Assembly (NCBI GenBank): GCA_946534105.1
Contig: CAMNCG010000001.1
Location: forward strand, 1-59,914
DNA length: 59,914 bases
Direction of reading: 5' to 3'
Origin: an uncultured Verrucomicrobiota bacterium
GTDB taxonomy: Bacteria; Verrucomicrobiota; Kiritimatiellia; RFP12; UBA3636
Under the pieces are notes generated by a model that saw nothing but the letters and a program-made list of their open reading frames with translations, did no database searches and was not told the DNA's origin. This document shows, in pieces, positions 31,461 through 45,423 of the stretch; position 1 is the first letter of the stretch; each line of letters starts with the position of its first letter. The translations under genes and the position numbers were made by a program.

Positions 31461-32822
31461 TTACGAGAAAGCGAGGAGGAGGCCGGCGATGGCGCCGAGG
31501 ACATAGCCGAGAACCTGGATGGCACCGAGGTGCTCGGCCATGATTTCGTTGAGCATTCCGTGGAACTCGGCCATGTCCATCTTGTCCACGGCGGTCTTGA
31601 CGCGGCCTTCGACGTCGAGCTTTTCGACGATGGCCTTGGTGCCGATGTCGCGGATCATGCGCTCGACGCCGGGGCGGACGGCGGGGATCGCCTTGGCGAC
31701 CCACTCCCACGTGGCTTCGCTCTTGAGGAGCCGCGAGGCGGCCGGGGCGAGGTTCTCGCGCAGATAGGCGCGAAGGTAGTCCTTGAACCGGGCGCGGATG
31801 TCGCCGGCGAAGCCGCCGACGCGCTCGACGCCTTCCGGCGAAGCGAGCCACGCGCGGAAGGACTCGACGAATCCGGCGAGCTCGTCGCGCAGCGCCACCG
31901 CCGTCTCGGGGCGCTTGATCCAGTCGCGGATGCCGCTCTCGATCGTCTTCTCGTCGAGGAACCAATCCGCGAGGGAATCGGCGGAGGAGGCGAAGAAGGA
32001 GGCCAGGGAGTCGCTGACGGTCTTCCCGACCAGCGGGATGCCTTCAAGAAGGGAGCCGTCGAACTTCTCCTTGACCCAGCGGCGGACGGCGCGGGAGATC
32101 GCGGGCCTGGCCTTGGCGGCGATGTCCGGGGCTCGCTGGCGGATCGCGCGAAGGGCGAGCTTCGCGATCTCCTCGCGGTTTTCCTCCGATTCGAGACGGG
32201 GCATGATCTCCGCATCCCAGAAGGACTTGATCCGGGCCGGGGTGACGAGGCGGTCGATCTCGCGGACGAGGGCGCCCTCGATGCGGGGAACGAGGAATTC
32301 GACGATCTCCGCGTCGTGCGCGGCGACCTGCTCCTGGAGGAGCGCCTGCGCGGCGCGGAGCGTGGCGGGGTCCTGGAGCGCGCCGCCGACCATCGCACAG
32401 AGGTCGTCCGCGAGCTTTTCGGGCTGGAGGAGTTTCGTCGCAACCTGGTCGGCGAGGACTTCGGCGATCCGCGCCTTGTTCTTCGGGAGAAGACCCTGGC
32501 GCCACGCGCCGAACGTCGCCCACGGAAGCCAGTGCCGCCATGTGGGCTCATAGGGTTCGAAAAGCATCGTAATCGCGATCCAGTTCGTACCATAGCCAAC
32601 GGCGGCGGAAACGAAAACCGGCACGAGCCACTTCGACAGGGCGGGCGGCGGCTCCCAGACGCCGAATCGGCGCAGAACGGCAAGGACGACGACGCCGAGG
32701 ATCGTGAGGAGGCTCGCCGGCGCGCAGAACATCTCGGCGGCGGCGAACGCGCGCACGGATCCGGGACGTCTGCGGTCGCGGACGATGGAAAGCTCGGTGC
32801 CGAGGTCGGAAACGGGAAACAT
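31461..32822 (-). CDS. DUF445-family membrane protein
   Basis: Trimmed to the ATG at 32822 (MFPVSDLG). The motif GYGTNWIAITMLFEP and the C-terminal hydrophobic LGAIQVLGYVLGAIAGLLLAF are typical of DUF445. Confidence 0.6.
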   Translation of the reverse strand: MFPVSDLGTELSIVRDRRRPGSVRAFAAAEMFCAPASLLTILGVVVLAVLRRFGVWEPPPALSKWLVPVFVSAAVGYGTNWIAITMLFEPYEPTWRHWLPWATFGAWRQGLLPKNKARIAEVLADQVATKLLQPEKLADDLCAMVGGALQDPATLRAAQALLQEQVAAHDAEIVEFLVPRIEGALVREIDRLVTPARIKSFWDAEIMPRLESEENREEIAKLALRAIRQRAPDIAAKARPAISRAVRRWVKEKFDGSLLEGIPLVGKTVSDSLASFFASSADSLADWFLDEKTIESGIRDWIKRPETAVALRDELAGFVESFRAWLASPEGVERVGGFAGDIRARFKDYLRAYLRENLAPAASRLLKSEATWEWVAKAIPAVRPGVERMIRDIGTKAIVEKLDVEGRVKTAVDKMDMAEFHGMLNEIMAEHLGAIQVLGYVLGAIAGLLLAFS

Positions 32823-33148
32823 GGGGCGGAAAAGAGGGTCGGGTTGGCGAACGCTGGGGGGCCAACTGACTTTATACGGATTTCCGCTTGAAATCTGACA
32901 AAGGAAAATCGGCCTCTTCCCGTGTCCCACTCTTGGCTCGTCGGAAAGGGCCGTCCTGAAAACACGAAAAGAGGCACGCGCCGGAGCGCGGAGCCTTCTT
33001 GCATCGTGTCGTTCAGTGAAAAGTTTCCGACGATTCAGAGTGGCGACTTCTATGCAGAAGCGAAAAGCATGTTGGCGTGGTGGACTGGGTGGCGGTGTTC
33101 CCTGTGGTTGGCGTGATCGGCCCTGCGGGCCGAAACAAGGGGTTCGGG

Positions 33149-34318
<1,170 letters not shown>

Positions 34319-34366
34319 GTTGCTTGGACCTTGTGGTGTTGCGCGGGAGACGCCGCGGAGGCGGCG

Positions 34367-37970
<3,604 letters not shown>

Positions 37971-38055
37971 GGCGTTGGAGGGAAAGGCGACGGAAGGTCG
38001 CGTGTCGGAGTGAAGGGGGGGGCGGTGCGGCGGAAGGGACCGGATCGGGGAACGG

Positions 38056-38505
38056 CTACTTGGTTTTCCAAACACCGTCGGCGTCCTTGTACCAGACGCC
38101 GGCGGGAAGGCGCTCGCGAATCATCTTCGCGCGCTTGAGCTCGACGTCCTTGCGGCTCGCGCCGGTCTCGGCGGCGATTTCCGCCATGCGGACGCGCCGG
38201 GCGGCGTTGGCGTCCTCGACGGCGTCCGCCTCCTCTTCGCCCAGCGTCTCGCGGGCGACGAGGTAGCCGCGTTCGTCGACGCCGACCTTGCCGGCGAGGG
38301 AAAGCGCCTTCACGGCCTCGAACGACTTGCCCTGCTTGCGCTGTTCGTTCTCCAGCTCCTGCTCCAGGGCCTTGTCGACCTTGAGATTCACGTCCATCGT
38401 GATCTGGATGGGCTTCACCTCGTGTTCCGTCTTGATGGCGAGACAGCCGGCCGCGAGAGCGGCCGCCGAAAGCGCGGCGAACGTGCCGAAAAATCCGTTT
38501 TTCAT
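38056..38505 (-). CDS. YdbL-like (DUF1318) periplasmic lipoprotein
   Basis: This is the 3' end of track ORF 38056..41553, trimmed to the ATG at 38505. The signal peptide has a lipobox (LAAGC). The motifs GKVGVDERGYL and N..R......IA...G match the family. Confidence 0.6.
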   Translation of the reverse strand: MKNGFFGTFAALSAAALAAGCLAIKTEHEVKPIQITMDVNLKVDKALEQELENEQRKQGKSFEAVKALSLAGKVGVDERGYLVARETLGEEEADAVEDANAARRVRMAEIAAETGASRKDVELKRAKMIRERLPAGVWYKDADGVWKTK

Positions 38506-38610
38506 CTGGCGTACCTCGTCCGCGCCCGTGCATCCGGTCGCGGAAACGGCGGCGGATTCTAGCAAACGCCGCCGACGGCGGCAAGCGCCCGCGCGGGAGG
38601 GGTCGCCGTG

Positions 38611-38619
38611 TGGTATACT
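38611..38619 (+). promoter_or_regulatory. extended -10 element (TGGTATACT) just upstream of cpaB
   Basis: TGGTATACT ends 6 nt before the ATG at 38626. No good -35 box is present. Confidence 0.3.
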
Positions 38620-38625
38620 GGAGGC

Positions 38626-39453
38626 ATGAAGCAGAAAATCCTCCTCCTTGCGTCGATCGCCGCCGGGCTCGCCGCAGCGGCGCTCGCGCACGCCTGGTTC
38701 GTCGCGAAAACCGGCGAAGTGGACGAGACGAAGCGCCGCATCCTCGCGGCGACGCGCAAGGTGACCGTGCTCGGTGCGGCGCGCACGATCCCGCGGGGCG
38801 CGACGATCCGGGCCGACGACGTGCTGCCGCTCGTCCTTTTCGAAAGCGGCACGACGGGCGACAACATCCCGGCCGAAGAGCGGCTTTCCGTGGTCGGCCG
38901 CGTCGCGGCCCACACGATCGGCGAAGGCGACCCGGTCCTCTGGACGTACCTCGACGGCGGGCGCGGAGCCGGGCGGGGTCTCGCGGACGACGTGCCGGAC
39001 GGCATGCGCGCGGTGTCGATCCCGGTCTCCGGCGCGGCGGCGGTTTCGGGGCTCGTCCGGCCGGGCGACCACGTGGACGTGCTCGGCTCGTTCGCCCTTC
39101 CGGGCGAAGAACCGGCTTCGGAGGCGCGGTTCGTGACGATGACGGTCCTCCAGAACGTCACGGTCCTCGCGACGGGCACCGCCACGGCGCGCTCGCGCGA
39201 CCCGCTCGGCGATCCCGGCGGCGCCGACGGTTCCTACGCCACGGTCACGCTCTGCTCGACCCCCCGCGAAGCCGAGGTGCTCGTCTTCGCCCAGCAGATG
39301 CGCGGCCGCCTTTTCCTCACGCTCCGGAACGGCTCCGACGTCTACTACGAGGAAGAACTCCCGCGGATCGATTTCTCGAAGATCGAAGGGGAACTCGGCG
39401 ACCTCAACCGCCAGCGCCAGTCGAAACTCCGCGGCCTGCCCTCGCGGAAATAG
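38626..39453 (+). CDS. cpaB: Flp/Tad pilus assembly protein CpaB (RcpC)
   Basis: There is an N-terminal transmembrane helix. A SAF-like domain is indicated by V.VL.AAR.I..G..I...D, and DGMRAVSIPV...GLVRPGDHVDVL is present. Confidence 0.8.
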   Translation: MKQKILLLASIAAGLAAAALAHAWFVAKTGEVDETKRRILAATRKVTVLGAARTIPRGATIRADDVLPLVLFESGTTGDNIPAEERLSVVGRVAAHTIGEGDPVLWTYLDGGRGAGRGLADDVPDGMRAVSIPVSGAAAVSGLVRPGDHVDVLGSFALPGEEPASEARFVTMTVLQNVTVLATGTATARSRDPLGDPGGADGSYATVTLCSTPREAEVLVFAQQMRGRLFLTLRNGSDVYYEEELPRIDFSKIEGELGDLNRQRQSKLRGLPSRK

Positions 39454-39480
39454 GGCGGACGGACCGGGAGGCGCGAAACG

Positions 39481-41178
39481 ATGTACGAACTCGACATTTT
39501 CCGGGACGGGGAACCGGCGCGCGGCGCCGAGCTGCCGCCCGGCGTCTACGTCGCGGGCTCCGGCCAGCGGTGCAGGATCCGGCTCGACGGCCCGGGCGTC
39601 TCGGAGCGCCACGCCGCGTTTTCGGTGTCGCCGGCGGGCGTGACGGTGGAGGACCTCGGGTCCGACACCGGCACGTTCGTGAACGCGGAACCGATTTCGC
39701 GCGCGGTCCGGGTCCTGCCCACGACGCCGGTGACCATCGGACCCTACACGATCGTGATCGCCCCGGCGGCCGCGCCGGAAACCGTGCCGGAAACCCCGAG
39801 CGGCGCCGCCGCGCCGCACCCGGAGCCGGTCCCGGAGCCGGTTCCGGAGTCCCGACCGACTCCGCCCTCCCCTTCTCCTCCCACGGTTCGCGAAGAGGAC
39901 GCCGCCACGCGCAGCGTCAAGCGCCAGCTTCACGCGGCGCTCGTCGAACGGCTCGACATCAAGCGCCTTGCGGCCGCGCGGACGAGTCCCGAGGAACTCC
40001 GCCGCCGAGCCGCCGACACGCTTGCGACGCTTGTGGACGAAGTGCGCGGCCGCCTTCCGCCCGGCATGGACGTGGCGGTCGTCAGCCGCGAGATTCTCGA
40101 CGAGGCGCTCGGTCTCGGCCCGCTCGAAGCGCTTCTCGCGGACGATTCGGTGACGGAAATCATGGTCAACGGACCGAAAAACGTCTATGTCGAGCGCGGC
40201 GGACGCCTCGAACGGACGGGACGCTCGTTCGCGGACGAGGCGTCGCTCGTTTCGGCGATCGAGCGCATCGTGTCGCCCCTCGGGCGCAGGGTGGACGAAT
40301 CGCAGCCGTACGTCGACGCCCGCCTGCCGGACGGCTCGCGCGTGAACGTGGTGATCCACCCGCTTTCGCTCGTCGGACCCTGCATCACGATCCGCAAGTT
40401 CGCCAAACGGCGCCTCTACGACCGCGATTTGATCGCGAAGGGCACGTTCACCGCGGACATGGCGGCGTTTCTCCGCGCCTGCGTCCTCGTGCGCAAGAAC
40501 ATCGTGGTTTCGGGCGGCACGGGCTCGGGCAAGACGACGCTGCTCAACGTGCTTTCGAACTACCTGCCGCCGACGGAGCGCATCCTCACGATCGAGGACG
40601 CCGCCGAACTGCGGCTCGCCCAGCCGCACGTCGTGCGGCTGGAAGCCCGCCCGCCCAATCTGGAAGGGCGCGGCGCCGTGACGATCCGTGACCTCGTCCG
40701 CAACGCGCTGCGCATGCGCCCGGACCGCATCATCGTCGGCGAATGCCGCGGCGGGGAGGCGCTCGACATGCTCCAGGCGATGAACACGGGGCACGACGGC
40801 TCGCTCACGACCGTGCACGCCAATTCGCCGCGCGATGTCGTGTCGCGTCTCGAAACGATGGTGCTCATGTCCGGCATTGAACTGCCGTCGCGCGCCATCC
40901 GCGAACAGATCGCCTCGGCCGTGGACGTCGTGGTGCACGAGGCGCGCCTTCCCGACGGGTCGCGCAAGGTGACGTGCATCTCGGAACTGACCGGCCTCGA
41001 AGGGCAGCAAATCACGATGCAGGACCTCTTCGTCTTCCGCCAGACCGGCGTGGATCCAGACGGGCGCGTCGACGGCGTCTTCGAACCCACCGGGGCCGTG
41101 CCGACGTTCTTCCGGGAACTCGCTGCGCGCGGAATTCCCCTGGACGTCTCGATTTTCTCCAAGCCGCCGGAGCGGTAG
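39481..41178 (+). CDS. cpaF: CpaF/TadA-type secretion ATPase with an N-terminal FHA domain
   Basis: The FHA signature is [22 protein letters not shown]...[11 protein letters not shown]. The ATPase core has [28 protein letters not shown] and GH.G...T.HAN. Confidence 0.9.
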   Translation: MYELDIFRDGEPARGAELPPGVYVAGSGQRCRIRLDGPGVSERHAAFSVSPAGVTVEDLGSDTGTFVNAEPISRAVRVLPTTPVTIGPYTIVIAPAAAPETVPETPSGAAAPHPEPVPEPVPESRPTPPSPSPPTVREEDAATRSVKRQLHAALVERLDIKRLAAARTSPEELRRRAADTLATLVDEVRGRLPPGMDVAVVSREILDEALGLGPLEALLADDSVTEIMVNGPKNVYVERGGRLERTGRSFADEASLVSAIERIVSPLGRRVDESQPYVDARLPDGSRVNVVIHPLSLVGPCITIRKFAKRRLYDRDLIAKGTFTADMAAFLRACVLVRKNIVVSGGTGSGKTTLLNVLSNYLPPTERILTIEDAAELRLAQPHVVRLEARPPNLEGRGAVTIRDLVRNALRMRPDRIIVGECRGGEALDMLQAMNTGHDGSLTTVHANSPRDVVSRLETMVLMSGIELPSRAIREQIASAVDVVVHEARLPDGSRKVTCISELTGLEGQQITMQDLFVFRQTGVDPDGRVDGVFEPTGAVPTFFRELAARGIPLDVSIFSKPPER

Positions 41179-41191
41179 CGCGGCCGTGGCG

Positions 41192-42076
41192 CTAGTGCAG
41201 GAGCCCGACGATCCGCTCGGGCCCGATTTCCCATTCCCGTCCGCACAGATGGCAGCGAAAAACGCGCGGCCGGAGGGGTTTGAGCATCCCCTCCAGCTCC
41301 TCGCGGGGAAGATCCTTCCACGCCTGGAGGATGCGCTCCGCGGAACAGGTGCAACCGAACGCCACCGCTCGCGTGGGACCTGTGAAGAGATCCGGGAGCC
41401 CGAGCACGTCGCGCATCGCGTCCAGCGTCGGATCGGACGAGAGCTGCTCGGCGAGCGTCCCGTCGTCCACAAGGCCCGCAATGCGGTTGTAGACCATTTC
41501 CGATCCGCCGGGAACGCGCTGGGCGGCGAGGGCGCGAACGCGCTCCGGCACACCGTTCCACTCGCCCGCGCTCGTGCAGACTTTCGACGGCACCGCCGCC
41601 GAAAGCAGTTCCGAAAAGAGAAACTCCGGCGTCGCCGGGCGGCCTTTCGCCGTTTCCATCGACACCTGGGACCGGATCGATCCGTCCCCGCGGCGGACGC
41701 GCGTCACCTTGACGCGCGAACCCATGCCGAAAAAGTCGTCCCCGGCGGAGCCGCGCGGCGCCGGCAAGGTCTCCGGCCGGGGTTCGAACGGCGCTCCGCG
41801 GAGAAAGCCCCGGCCGTCGTATTCGATGTGGAAGCCGCCAAGCCGGCCCGTCAGGTCGGCCGAAACGACCAGCGTCTCGTCGGGGTCGACGAAATCGACC
41901 TGCATGAGCGCCGTGCAGGCGAGGATGCGCGAAAAGGCGGGCGCCGCCGCGGCGGAAACGCCGTGGCCGGCGACGAGCCGGCGCGCGACGCCCGTCACGT
42001 CCGCATACACGAACCGGACGCCCGACTCCGGGCTGAACGCCTCCACGACGGCGTCGTTGCTGCGCGGCATCACCAT
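41192..42076 (-). CDS. hslO: Hsp33-family redox-regulated chaperone
   Basis: The C-terminal zinc-centre cysteines are present (FGCTCS and CHLCGREW). An Hsp33-like N-terminal domain is also present. Confidence 0.8.
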   Translation of the reverse strand: MVMPRSNDAVVEAFSPESGVRFVYADVTGVARRLVAGHGVSAAAAPAFSRILACTALMQVDFVDPDETLVVSADLTGRLGGFHIEYDGRGFLRGAPFEPRPETLPAPRGSAGDDFFGMGSRVKVTRVRRGDGSIRSQVSMETAKGRPATPEFLFSELLSAAVPSKVCTSAGEWNGVPERVRALAAQRVPGGSEMVYNRIAGLVDDGTLAEQLSSDPTLDAMRDVLGLPDLFTGPTRAVAFGCTCSAERILQAWKDLPREELEGMLKPLRPRVFRCHLCGREWEIGPERIVGLLH

Positions 42077-42082
42077 GTCGTC

Positions 42083-42553
42083 CTACCCGAAATCCGGCAC
42101 GATCCGCAACGACCGCACCGGGCACGCCGCCCCGATTTCCCCGAACGACCGGCGGAGCCGGGGCAGGATTTCCGCAGGCCCCTCGCGGCGAAGCTCGGAA
42201 AGCCATGCCGAACCGCGCACCCGGACGGTCAGGACTCCGTCCCGGAGCGCCCCCGGGCGGGCATGCGCGGCGACGTCGGGCCCGGCCGCGTCGGGCCAGA
42301 TTCTTTCCACGAGCGCGGCGTCGGCGTCTTCCCGGGGCAGGTCGAGCGCGCGCATCACGCGCACCGCCGCCTCGCCGACCGGTTCGGCGTCCTTGAACGG
42401 CGGCGGAGGGAGGCGGTCCGGGATCCGCCCGAACTCGCGCCGCACGCGCCAGGCTTCGGGACGAAACCCCTTCGGCAGCGACCGCCGGGCCGCCGCCTCC
42501 CGCTTTTCGCGCCACGGATCCGGGACGAACCCGGCGTTTCCGTCCGCTTCCAC
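42083..42553 (-). CDS. DUF721 (DciA-like) protein
   Basis: The segment W......G..VA.HA.P..L.DGVL.V.V..SAW..EL.....EIL..L is typical of DUF721. Confidence 0.6.
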   Translation of the reverse strand: MEADGNAGFVPDPWREKREAAARRSLPKGFRPEAWRVRREFGRIPDRLPPPPFKDAEPVGEAAVRVMRALDLPREDADAALVERIWPDAAGPDVAAHARPGALRDGVLTVRVRGSAWLSELRREGPAEILPRLRRSFGEIGAACPVRSLRIVPDFG

Positions 42554-42574
42554 CGCCGCGCCCCGCGCCCGGTC

Positions 42575-43618
42575 CTACAGGTTTTCCAGCCGCGTCCGGC
42601 CCCGGCCTCGGGCGATTTCGCCCACGACGACAGGACGGGCCTTTGCCCCGGCGAGCGCCTCCATCGTGCGGGAAAGATCTTTCGCACGGACGCAAAGGAC
42701 GTAGCCGACGCCCATGTTGAAGACGCGGTGCATTTCAAGCGGATCGATGCCGCCCGTCTCCTGAAAGAAGCGGAAAATCGGCGGCGTCTTCCACGTCCGG
42801 CAGTCGAACACGGCGTCCACCGTCTTCGGGAGCATGCGCGGAACGTTGTCCACGAGGCCGCCGCCGGTGATGTGCGCCATGCCGCGGATCTTCACGCCGG
42901 CCTCGCGCACGGCGAGAACGGGCTTGAGGAACGAACCGTGGACGGCGAGAAGCGCGTCCTTGAACGTCGTCTTCGTGCCCGGCACGAGGTCCGAAAGCGT
43001 CTTGCCCGCGGTTTCGAACACGAGTTTGCGCGCGAGCGAGTAGCCGTTCGTCTGGAGCCCGGTCGAGGGCAGTCCCACGAGCATGTCCCCCTCGCGGATG
43101 TCTTCGCCGGTCACCAGGTCGCGTTTCGAGACCTTCCCGACGATCGTTCCGCAAAGGTCGTATTCGCCGCTTTGCGGGTAGAGGCCGGGCATTTCGGCCG
43201 TTTCGCCCCCCAGGAGGGCGAGTCCGTTGCGACGGCACCCGCGGCAAAAGCCGGAAATCACCTTCGCGAAAACGGAAGCGTCGAGCTTGGCGGTGCCGAG
43301 GTAGTCGAGGAAAAACAACGGCGTCGCGCCCTGCGTGAGGATGTCGTTCACGCAATGGTTCACAAGGTCTTCGCCGACGGTGTCGTGCACGCCGGCCAGG
43401 AAGGCGACCTTGAGCTTCGTGCCCACGCCGTCGGTCGAAGCCACGAGGATGTCGCCGGCGCCCGGCGAGCGGAAGAGGCCGCCGAAGCGCCCGATGTCCG
43501 AAAGGACGCCGGCCGTCTTCGTGCTCTTCACGTCGGCTTTGATCTTGGCGAGGCCGCGGTCCATTTCGTCGATGTCGACGCCCGCCGCGGCATAGGCGGA
43601 TGGTTTCCTGTTCTGCAT
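42575..43618 (-). CDS. purM: phosphoribosylformylglycinamidine cyclo-ligase (AIR synthetase)
   Basis: Trimmed to the ATG at 43618. The motifs [29 protein letters not shown]...GA.PLFFLDY and GGETAEMPG are present. Confidence 0.9.
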   Translation of the reverse strand: MQNRKPSAYAAAGVDIDEMDRGLAKIKADVKSTKTAGVLSDIGRFGGLFRSPGAGDILVASTDGVGTKLKVAFLAGVHDTVGEDLVNHCVNDILTQGATPLFFLDYLGTAKLDASVFAKVISGFCRGCRRNGLALLGGETAEMPGLYPQSGEYDLCGTIVGKVSKRDLVTGEDIREGDMLVGLPSTGLQTNGYSLARKLVFETAGKTLSDLVPGTKTTFKDALLAVHGSFLKPVLAVREAGVKIRGMAHITGGGLVDNVPRMLPKTVDAVFDCRTWKTPPIFRFFQETGGIDPLEMHRVFNMGVGYVLCVRAKDLSRTMEALAGAKARPVVVGEIARGRGRTRLENL

Positions 43619-43626
43619 GGTTTTGT

Positions 43627-43672
43627 GGCGCGTTCGGTCTGCTGAGTCCGGCGGAGAACCGTCGAACGCGCC
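43627..43672 (-). promoter_or_regulatory. 5'-proximal stem-loop in the purM leader
   Basis: Perfect 10-bp inverted repeat GGCGCGTTCG / CGAACGCGCC enclosing 26 nt. It ends 8 nt before the purM ATG and lies just downstream of a TGGTAGAAT box. Confidence 0.4.
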
Positions 43673-43674
43673 GC

Positions 43675-43683
43675 ATTCTACCA
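43675..43683 (-). promoter_or_regulatory. extended -10 element (TGGTAGAAT) upstream of purM
   Basis: The minus strand reads TGGTAGAAT about 57 nt upstream of the purM ATG. Confidence 0.35.
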
Positions 43684-43727
43684 CGGGTTCCCCCTCCGCG
43701 AACGGGCGCTCCGCCGCGGAGTCAGCG

Positions 43728-45404
43728 TCATGGAAGCGTCCTGCCGGCGAGGCCGTCCAGCAGGGCGCGCTTGCGGGGCGTGTCGGCCGGGGCGTCGATC
43801 AGCAGCTTGCTGTTGCCGGTGGTGGGCTCGATGCCTTCCGGCAGGATTTTCTCGACATCCCAGCACGGCGCTTCGCGGAAGGCGTGGTACGTCCAGTCCC
43901 AGCCGTACTCCTCGAAGAGGTCGATGCAGTCGCGCAGGTAGTTCTCCGCCCCCAGCGCCCAGGCCGCCGCGCTGAATTCGCCCACGAAGATCCGGGCCTT
44001 GTGCCGCAGTTGGAAGTCGCGCACCGGCTGGAGCTTTTTCCGCAGCCAGTCCTTGTTCCAGACTTCGCCGGTGCGCGGATCGACGCCCGGCCAAGTGATC
44101 GGGTGCTCGGCTGTGGAAAACGCATTTCCGGAGACGCCCTGGTGCGTGAAGGCGTGCGGATGGTAGCAGTGCACCTGGTAGATGACGTTCTCCAGAGGAA
44201 TCGGCACGAGGTAGCGGAAGTCGTCGGCGTGCGAGGCGTTGTTGCCCGCGAAGACGATCGGCGTCACGGTGTCGATTTCGCGGATGGCGCGCGCGGCGTC
44301 GAGCTGGAGTTGCCAGAAGCTGTGCTTGAGGGGACGGCGCTGCGTCGGCTCGTTCACGAGGTCGTAGCCGTAGATGACCGGTCCCGTCGTTTGCACGACG
44401 GGCGCGCAGCGCGTCGCGATGCGCCGCCAGGTATCGACGAAGGCGGCGGCGTAGCGGTCGTCGCTGAACATGTTCATTTCCAGCGGCTCGCGTTCGCGCT
44501 CGCCCCACTTGCCGCCCGGCAGGGCGTGCAGGTCGATGCAGACCTTCATGCCGCGCGCCTCGCACCAGCGCAGCACGTCCATCAGATTGTCGAGGCGTCG
44601 ATCCACCCAGCGCGCGTATTCGTCGAGGTCCTGATTGTCGTCCAGCTTCCACCAGTTGCGGTTGATCTGGAAGCGGACGAGGGTCGCGCCCCACTGGTGG
44701 AGCGTTTCAATGTCGTCCTCGGTCATGTCGCGCCCCGGCGACATGAAGCCGCGCCAGCGCCGGCGGCCGGGGTCGTCCGGTCCTTCGCCTTCCGGATATT
44801 CGACCTCGTAGTCGCGGTATTCGGCGAACGGGACGCCCACGTCCTCGGAGACGATGGAGAGCGACGAAAGGTCGAACTCGGCGCGGCCCGAGCAGCCCTG
44901 GAGGCCGAGGACGAGCGTAGCCTTGCCGTCGACGGGCAGGCCGTGGGTGTTGAGGAAATTCAAGTGCAGGTCGGCCGTGCGCCAGTCGAACGAGCCGATC
45001 GGCAGCACGGCGCCGGGGTGCGCGAGCTGGCCGGAAATGTCGGAAACATACCGGAACATGCACTTGACGCCGTTCCAGCGGTAGTCGGGCTTGGTGACGT
45101 CGCTGGCGCGAACGCGGACGGAGAGATGCAGGCCACGCCCGCCGGCGAGAAAGGGCGAGAGGTCGAGCTGCGCCGTGCACTGCGCGTGCGCCTCCACCAG
45201 TCGCTCCGGGTCGCCCTTCGGCACTTCCACGATCAGCCGCTCGCCCTCGATGCGGGCGGTGGGGGGAAGCGACCAGGCGAGCGTTGTGCCGTCGATTCGT
45301 TGCGTTGCCGCGCCGTCGGGGACGGCCTGGTCGGCGGTCTGGTCAGATGCCGCGGCGAGGGCGGCGAGGGTGCCTGCGAGAAGCGCGAGAGAGAAGTTTT
45401 TCAT
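43728..45404 (-). CDS. secreted glycoside hydrolase family 5 protein
   Basis: Trimmed to MKNFSLALLAGTLAALAAA, which is a signal peptide. The acid/base motif is YDLVNEP, the motif HCYHPHAFTHQG is present, and the nucleophile region is FVGEFS. The start coordinate comes from ORF-track arithmetic; my own count on the printed sequence came out 1 nt higher (45405). Confidence 0.75.
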   Translation of the reverse strand: MKNFSLALLAGTLAALAAASDQTADQAVPDGAATQRIDGTTLAWSLPPTARIEGERLIVEVPKGDPERLVEAHAQCTAQLDLSPFLAGGRGLHLSVRVRASDVTKPDYRWNGVKCMFRYVSDISGQLAHPGAVLPIGSFDWRTADLHLNFLNTHGLPVDGKATLVLGLQGCSGRAEFDLSSLSIVSEDVGVPFAEYRDYEVEYPEGEGPDDPGRRRWRGFMSPGRDMTEDDIETLHQWGATLVRFQINRNWWKLDDNQDLDEYARWVDRRLDNLMDVLRWCEARGMKVCIDLHALPGGKWGEREREPLEMNMFSDDRYAAAFVDTWRRIATRCAPVVQTTGPVIYGYDLVNEPTQRRPLKHSFWQLQLDAARAIREIDTVTPIVFAGNNASHADDFRYLVPIPLENVIYQVHCYHPHAFTHQGVSGNAFSTAEHPITWPGVDPRTGEVWNKDWLRKKLQPVRDFQLRHKARIFVGEFSAAAWALGAENYLRDCIDLFEEYGWDWTYHAFREAPCWDVEKILPEGIEPTTGNSKLLIDAPADTPRKRALLDGLAGRTLP

Positions 45405-45423
45405 GGTCGTTTCGTGAGAAAAA

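Noticed and set aside
34319-34366. SAM riboswitch upstream of metK.
   Set aside because: Only 48 nt separate metK from the gmd stop. The region holds a single short hairpin (GACGCCGC/GCGGCGTC) and nothing resembling the multi-stem SAM-I architecture.
38506-41553. Upstream extension of the YdbL-like ORF to 1165 aa (38056..41553).
   Set aside because: The extension is antisense to cpaB and cpaF and is Arg-rich. The real product starts at the signal peptide MKNGFFGTFAALSAAALAAGC.
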